Assembly: GCA_040954595.2 (NCBI GenBank)
Contig: CM082582.2
Location: forward strand, 4,820,303-4,884,302
DNA from: Balanoglossus misakiensis
Taxonomy: Eukaryota > Animalia > Hemichordata
DNA length: 64,000 nt
Reading direction: 5' to 3'
Shown here: in pieces, positions 58,991-64,000 of the stretch
Numbering within the stretch: position 1 is the first letter of the stretch
Layout of the letters: each line of letters opens with the position of its first letter
Notes under the pieces: generated by a model
Database searches by the model: none
What the model was told of the DNA's origin: nothing
What the model saw: the letters and a program-made list of their open reading frames with translations, nothing else
Program-made: the position numbers and the translations under genes

Positions 58991-61401
58991 GTCCCATCCC
59001 AGTAAGCAACACACAGAAACTGTCGTTAAACATGTGTTCTTATATTGAATCTCAATAATGCATTTACTGACTGGAGATAATATTTGAACATCCATCTTTG
59101 ACCTTTCATGTGACAAGAAACAAAATTCAGAAACCAGAGGGATCACATATCTTGCATAAATACTGTGTATTTACTCGTAATATACTTGGTGGGAATGCAA
59201 AGTCAATAAAATGCTGATACATCTGCCAGAACCTGTTTGTTTCCTGTTACTGTGTCAAAATGTATGATGAACTTGAATTTTTCTTGGAAATCTTGGGAAT
59301 GTAGCGCCCTCTTGTGACAGGAATGGTATTTTTTTTACAATGGTGAACATTCAATTTGTCAACATATACATGTGGAGTATTGTTTTTAATATAAAACAAT
59401 GAGCTCTACCATGGTATGTATGTATGTAGTATGTATGTATGTATGTATGTGCACATACAACATGTAAAACACATTCAAATTAATAAGTACAGTTTATTTC
59501 TTCAACTGTCGTATGTCGCTACAACTTGTGTAGTCAAAACCAAACACTTTTAAAAACTTGGAGACCCGTCTAAACTGACCTCATTACTTGCAGTCCCTCC
59601 CTGCTCAATATGACATGGAAAATAATAAGACATAAAAATCAGCATATCTGTGAAGGTGTTCTCAATTATGTTCACATCAGATAGGTATGACCACAGTCAG
59701 TCAGTCATGCAGAATGGTTGATGCCAGTGTTTTTTCCATACAACAATTATGTAAATATGAAGAATCATATTCATATTTCATGAATGTAGACGTCTATGTC
59801 TGAATGATTATGAAAGTGATATTTACAAATAACCATTCAGACAGACAGACAGCCATATTCATATTTTCATGGAAGTGATAACGTAACGTAAATAATGATA
59901 TGCATGATTTGACTTCAAAATTATGTTTCCCAGAGTAACATTTGATATGAGAGATGAATTTAAACCTGTAATATTTTGACACACAGCCACACTACATGAA
60001 ATATCAACCACACAAATTACATAATCAAGCCCTTTTTAATTAAAATATGAATACCAATCCATTGCAACATTTCTATATGTTTTATCCATCCACTGGAATT
60101 ATAAAAATACACAAAATTGCCATCCATACCTTTTCTTTAAATGAACATTTGTGATAGGTGATATAACCCTGTAGTGTTTTGAATTCATGATTTGTGTGCA
60201 GTACTATTTACAACAAAAATAATTACAAATTACAAAGTGTCACAGTACAGATTATGCATCATTGGCATCATAATTCAATCACAAGAAACACAGCTAACTC
60301 AGACTTTTCATCCCCTATTTTGAATATTCTTTAAAGGAACCACAGGCACACTGACAGGCATATAGTGCATGGCATTTAAAAACAAAAAATATGGTGTTAT
60401 CACCATAAACTCCCTGTGTTCCCATTAAAATTTCCATGAAATGGTCTAAAAAAAAAGTCCTGGTGTAGTTCCGACAATCATGGCATGTATATCAGAAATG
60501 CCCAACCATTCTGACGTGTCTCAGCAATGGTACGTGACAAAGAATAGACAACACTGCAAGACAACCATATTGTATCAAGTCACCAGACAAAATGATATGT
60601 ATCTGAATGGATAATACGTCAACTTCAACACAAAGCTACATGTCGACAAAATCAAAATGACACAAATATGTTCCAGTTCAGAGATGTCATATCAGACAAG
60701 TTGACTGTTTTACAACATAAATGGCGACCCATCAGCCATAGTAGATTGGATGACAAAACAACAGTTTCACATGGAATTTTTATTCCAGCTTTAAAGTCCT
60801 GATGATGCAAGTCCTAAGAATTGTGTTGGAGACTGTCAACTGGCATGACTGCACCACAAAAATGGCCATAGACTTGCAGATTGGTGTACCTGATTGTCAA
60901 ATTGTTCGAATGGAAAATAGTGCAACAATGTCCTTTCAGTGATTCCATAATTTATATCCATCAAATATCATAGAAACCTATATGTAAGGAACAAGAAATT
61001 CCCATACTGCCTTGTTTTTTTTTTGAGTTCACTCACTAAGATCTAATGCGGACACATTTTTTTAAAAAGTACATGTAGGTGTTTTTTTTGCTAAAGGTGA
61101 TGAAGAGACCGGTGGGTGTCCGTGAGGGCAGCAGTGATATGTACAAGACTACAAAAACAATTACAAATCATGATTGATTGGAAGAATATTCTTTGTGCAA
61201 GTTAAAAAGAGACATTCCGCCAAGCTCATTTTCATCCATCAGATCGTGTAACCATAATGCAACCCGTTGTCTAGGTTACATGTCGATACAGGCTTCTTTG
61301 TTCCAAGATGGCAGTCAAAAATCATGGCAGATTTTGGATCAATATAAGGCTACTGTGTGCGTCAAATTTGTTCCTTGTGATGTGCAGTTATAAACATTTC
61401 A

Positions 61402-62308
61402 TCAAGCAGGTTTTTTCCCTCTGTAATACCAAACCTGATAAATGATAGCAATGTCTATGAGAACTTGTAGAGACCCACAGACAGTGAACTGTACTGGGGC
61501 TTTGTTGACTATAAAATATCCAGTCTTGAAAGTGTCTCCGGAAAGCCAGAACAGCACCATTTTAACACTGAAAAAAAAAGGAAAAGAGAAGAGTTTGTTT
61601 ACTAATCAGAATTTGACATCTTTATATCACTGGAAAATCAAGGTTTTCCCAGGTACCCACAATGCATTGGCAATGATAGACTCTCTCACAGCCCCTCTCG
61701 CCGTCCATGAAGGCTTATGAACTGATTGCATGTGTGCCCGGCGAGAGGGGCTCTAAGGTTCGCTACACAACACCATATGGGGCTTCTCCTTTGCTAAACG
61801 GTTGAGGGCGTGTCAGTGAAGAGCCTTGTAGCGAACCATAAGCTGTGAGAGAGTCTATGGCAATGATTACAATCTGCACCCAATATGTTTTACCTGACAC
61901 TATTTTTTCACATTGATAATACAATTAAAAATGTACAGAAATACTTGTGTTGTACCCTTCTTTCATCAGAAAGTGTTTTCGAACATGATCCTCAATGTCC
62001 CACATACAGATCAAATCATACATGCACATGACAAGACATGTAGTTCAGCTAATCTATGTCAGACAGTTTTGATACAACAGTCAATCCTTACCTCATACCA
62101 ATCGTTGACTTGTTGTGGAGATTCCTGTAGAACTGAGGTGCACCCAACATGGCCTCAGTGAAGACAGCTAAGAAACCAAGGGTTTCAACATAGATGGGGA
62201 AATCCATGAGTAGAATGGTAATTGCACCGCAGAATGCTGAGAATACGACCATAAACTGGACATAGTCCGAAAAATGATTCCACTTCCAGAAGTGACCACC
62301 ATCAAAAT
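61402..62308 (-). CDS. SLC66A2: Last two coding exons of PQ-loop protein SLC66A2/PQLC1; 5' exons not found in the window
   Basis: Exon 62308-62092: (D)FDGGHFWKWNHFSDYVQFMVVF...[34 protein letters not shown]. Exon 61567-61402: VKMVLFWLSGDTFKTGYFIVNKAPVQFTVCGSLQVLIDIAIIYQVWYYRGKKPA*. Phase-2 GT-AG intron between them. Confidence 0.93.
61677..61857. mobile_element. 181-bp MITE with 16-bp TIR, perfect 9-bp TSD and two internal hairpins
   Basis: TGGCAATGA|TAGACTCTCTCACAGC...GCTGTGAGAGAGTCTA|TGGCAATGA. Confidence 0.88.
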
Positions 62309-63667
62309 CTGAAGAAAATTAAACATGAATTTTAGAGTGGTCAGTGAAAACTACTGAGAAAATAGAAAAAAATGTTAGCTTAATTGTGCTATTAATGCGC
62401 TATGCTTTATTGTTGCAGCATGTTACTCTTTCACCAATCTGTGTAGCATTATCTTGAACATATGCTTACACTAATCTAAAATATACATTATGCATGGAAT
62501 ACTGCAATTTTAGGCAATGACACCTTTACTGTTGGCTGCATCTTTGTGTATGGAATATAATTTCATTCCTAGGTTAATACAGTACTTTTAGTGATGACTC
62601 TATTATTTTGTGCAACAACTAATTTCTTGTTCTACTCACTGTTATTGTTGACATTTGAATTTCAGTCGGGAAATTTAATTGCCAACAATAACAATGCTGC
62701 TTATACAATGTACATAAGCTGTCATGACAAATTTAATACTGGGCATGTCAACATGCTGTATGGAGTAGAACAAGTTACAGCTGCTCACACACAAAAATTT
62801 AAACATTCTACAGAAACAAGCTAATAACTGCTCAAGAACAAATTAGATTTCCGAGTAAAATAACGAAATAAATTGACTCAGAGGGATATATGATACACGA
62901 TGTAGCCATAAAACTAAAAGTTTAGAAATTGGACTGTAAAGTCAGTGCATCTGGCTAAAAGCTTAACAGAGGTCATGCATTTCCCAGAGAGGTACATTGT
63001 ACTGTGCTACATAGTTATACAGCCAGCATGCTTGTACAGAAACACTATGCTATGCATTATTTACTGCAGTTCAGAGACAACAGAAGTAAGGAGAATTGGA
63101 TCAGTACTTTTCAAGATTATAAAAACTTTTTCTTGGTAATCCCTCAGAATCAATCGCCCTATTTACATTTTTTGGTTTGCTGAGGGAGTCTGTTAATGTA
63201 CTGAAGCAATTGCAATTTATATTTTCTGCAGTGCATCATTACAGTGCTTTTAGGTCTCTCTAGCTCCGACTCGACTGAGTGAGACATCAGTCTTCTTGAC
63301 AACATGCATCTGCATTCAGAACTGCTTGAGCGTTTTCATAGTTTCACCCGAAATATCGTTACGTTTTTTTTTTGCCTGTAGTAATTCCCATGTTAACCGG
63401 GATTCTGGCAGAATGGCAGCGAAAAAAATATGTTCCATGCAGAAATAATGAACATAGATACAGTAACTTGGGTACAACCCAGCACAAACATGACATGTAC
63501 ACAATACAAAGCAGGCACAGTTTGACATACAGCGATAAACATATGTACAGTACTATGTCAATACATGCCAACATTAATATGACAAATAAACAGACAACAA
63601 GAAAGATATAGAGTCGGGCATCATACAGTTCTTCACATCATGCATCCTACATTCCAGACTATGTAGT

Positions 63668-63760
63668 TTAACCCTTTCACCTCAATGGTCCAGTCCAAAT
63701 CCATTGCTTTCTATGGGAAGGCTGGACCTCTATAGTTGGAACTGGGGGTGAAAGGGTTAA
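63668..63760. mobile_element. 85-bp piggyBac-type MITE
   Basis: TTAA|CCCTTTCACC...GGTGAAAGGG|TTAA. Confidence 0.85.
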
Positions 63761-64000
63761 TGCCATATTGAACTAACTTTTTCATTTTTACTTAGATCAC
63801 AGACAGCAGAAGCTGGCTTCTACTCTCTGTGAATAGCTGTACAGGACATTACATGATTATTTGCAAACGTGCAGTTAGTTGTTGTTTTGTAAAAAGCTCT
63901 ACGTATATCGATCAGGCGTTCTGTCTGCAATAAATTTTTGGTGCATTTTGGTATCGGTATACATACCACTAGAATTGCGGGTAGTAATGGGAATGTCAGT

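Noticed and set aside
62309-64000. Additional SLC66A2 exons (candidates near 63250-63325 and 63795-63826)
   Set aside because: In-frame stops or no convincing donor; treated as intron.

Overview
AT-rich, intron-containing animal genomic DNA, probably a marine invertebrate deuterostome (inferred from gene style and repeat types; species not determined). In order along the window: the 3' end of a CR1-group LINE; the last four exons of a CARD + death-domain gene with a poly-Lys tail (+); MPHOSPH6 (-), head-to-head with a ~22 kb TDRD12/Yb-family piRNA gene (+); RABGGTA (-), with two U12-type intron donors, head-to-head with OTUD6B (+); TMEM64 (+); an intronless, divergent SoxB-like poly-Q gene (+); and the last two exons of SLC66A2/PQLC1 (-), which the ORF track misses. 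Introns and intergenic DNA carry many non-autonomous DNA transposons (piggyBac-, hAT-, Tc1/mariner-, Kolobok-type and branched-hairpin elements). The main oddities are an armadillo-like insert and a degenerate helicase in TDRD12, the CARD-DD-polybasic adaptor, and the unplaced Sox gene. All gene models were spliced by hand from GT-AG sites and reading-frame phase; homology calls come from recalled family sequences, not database searches.
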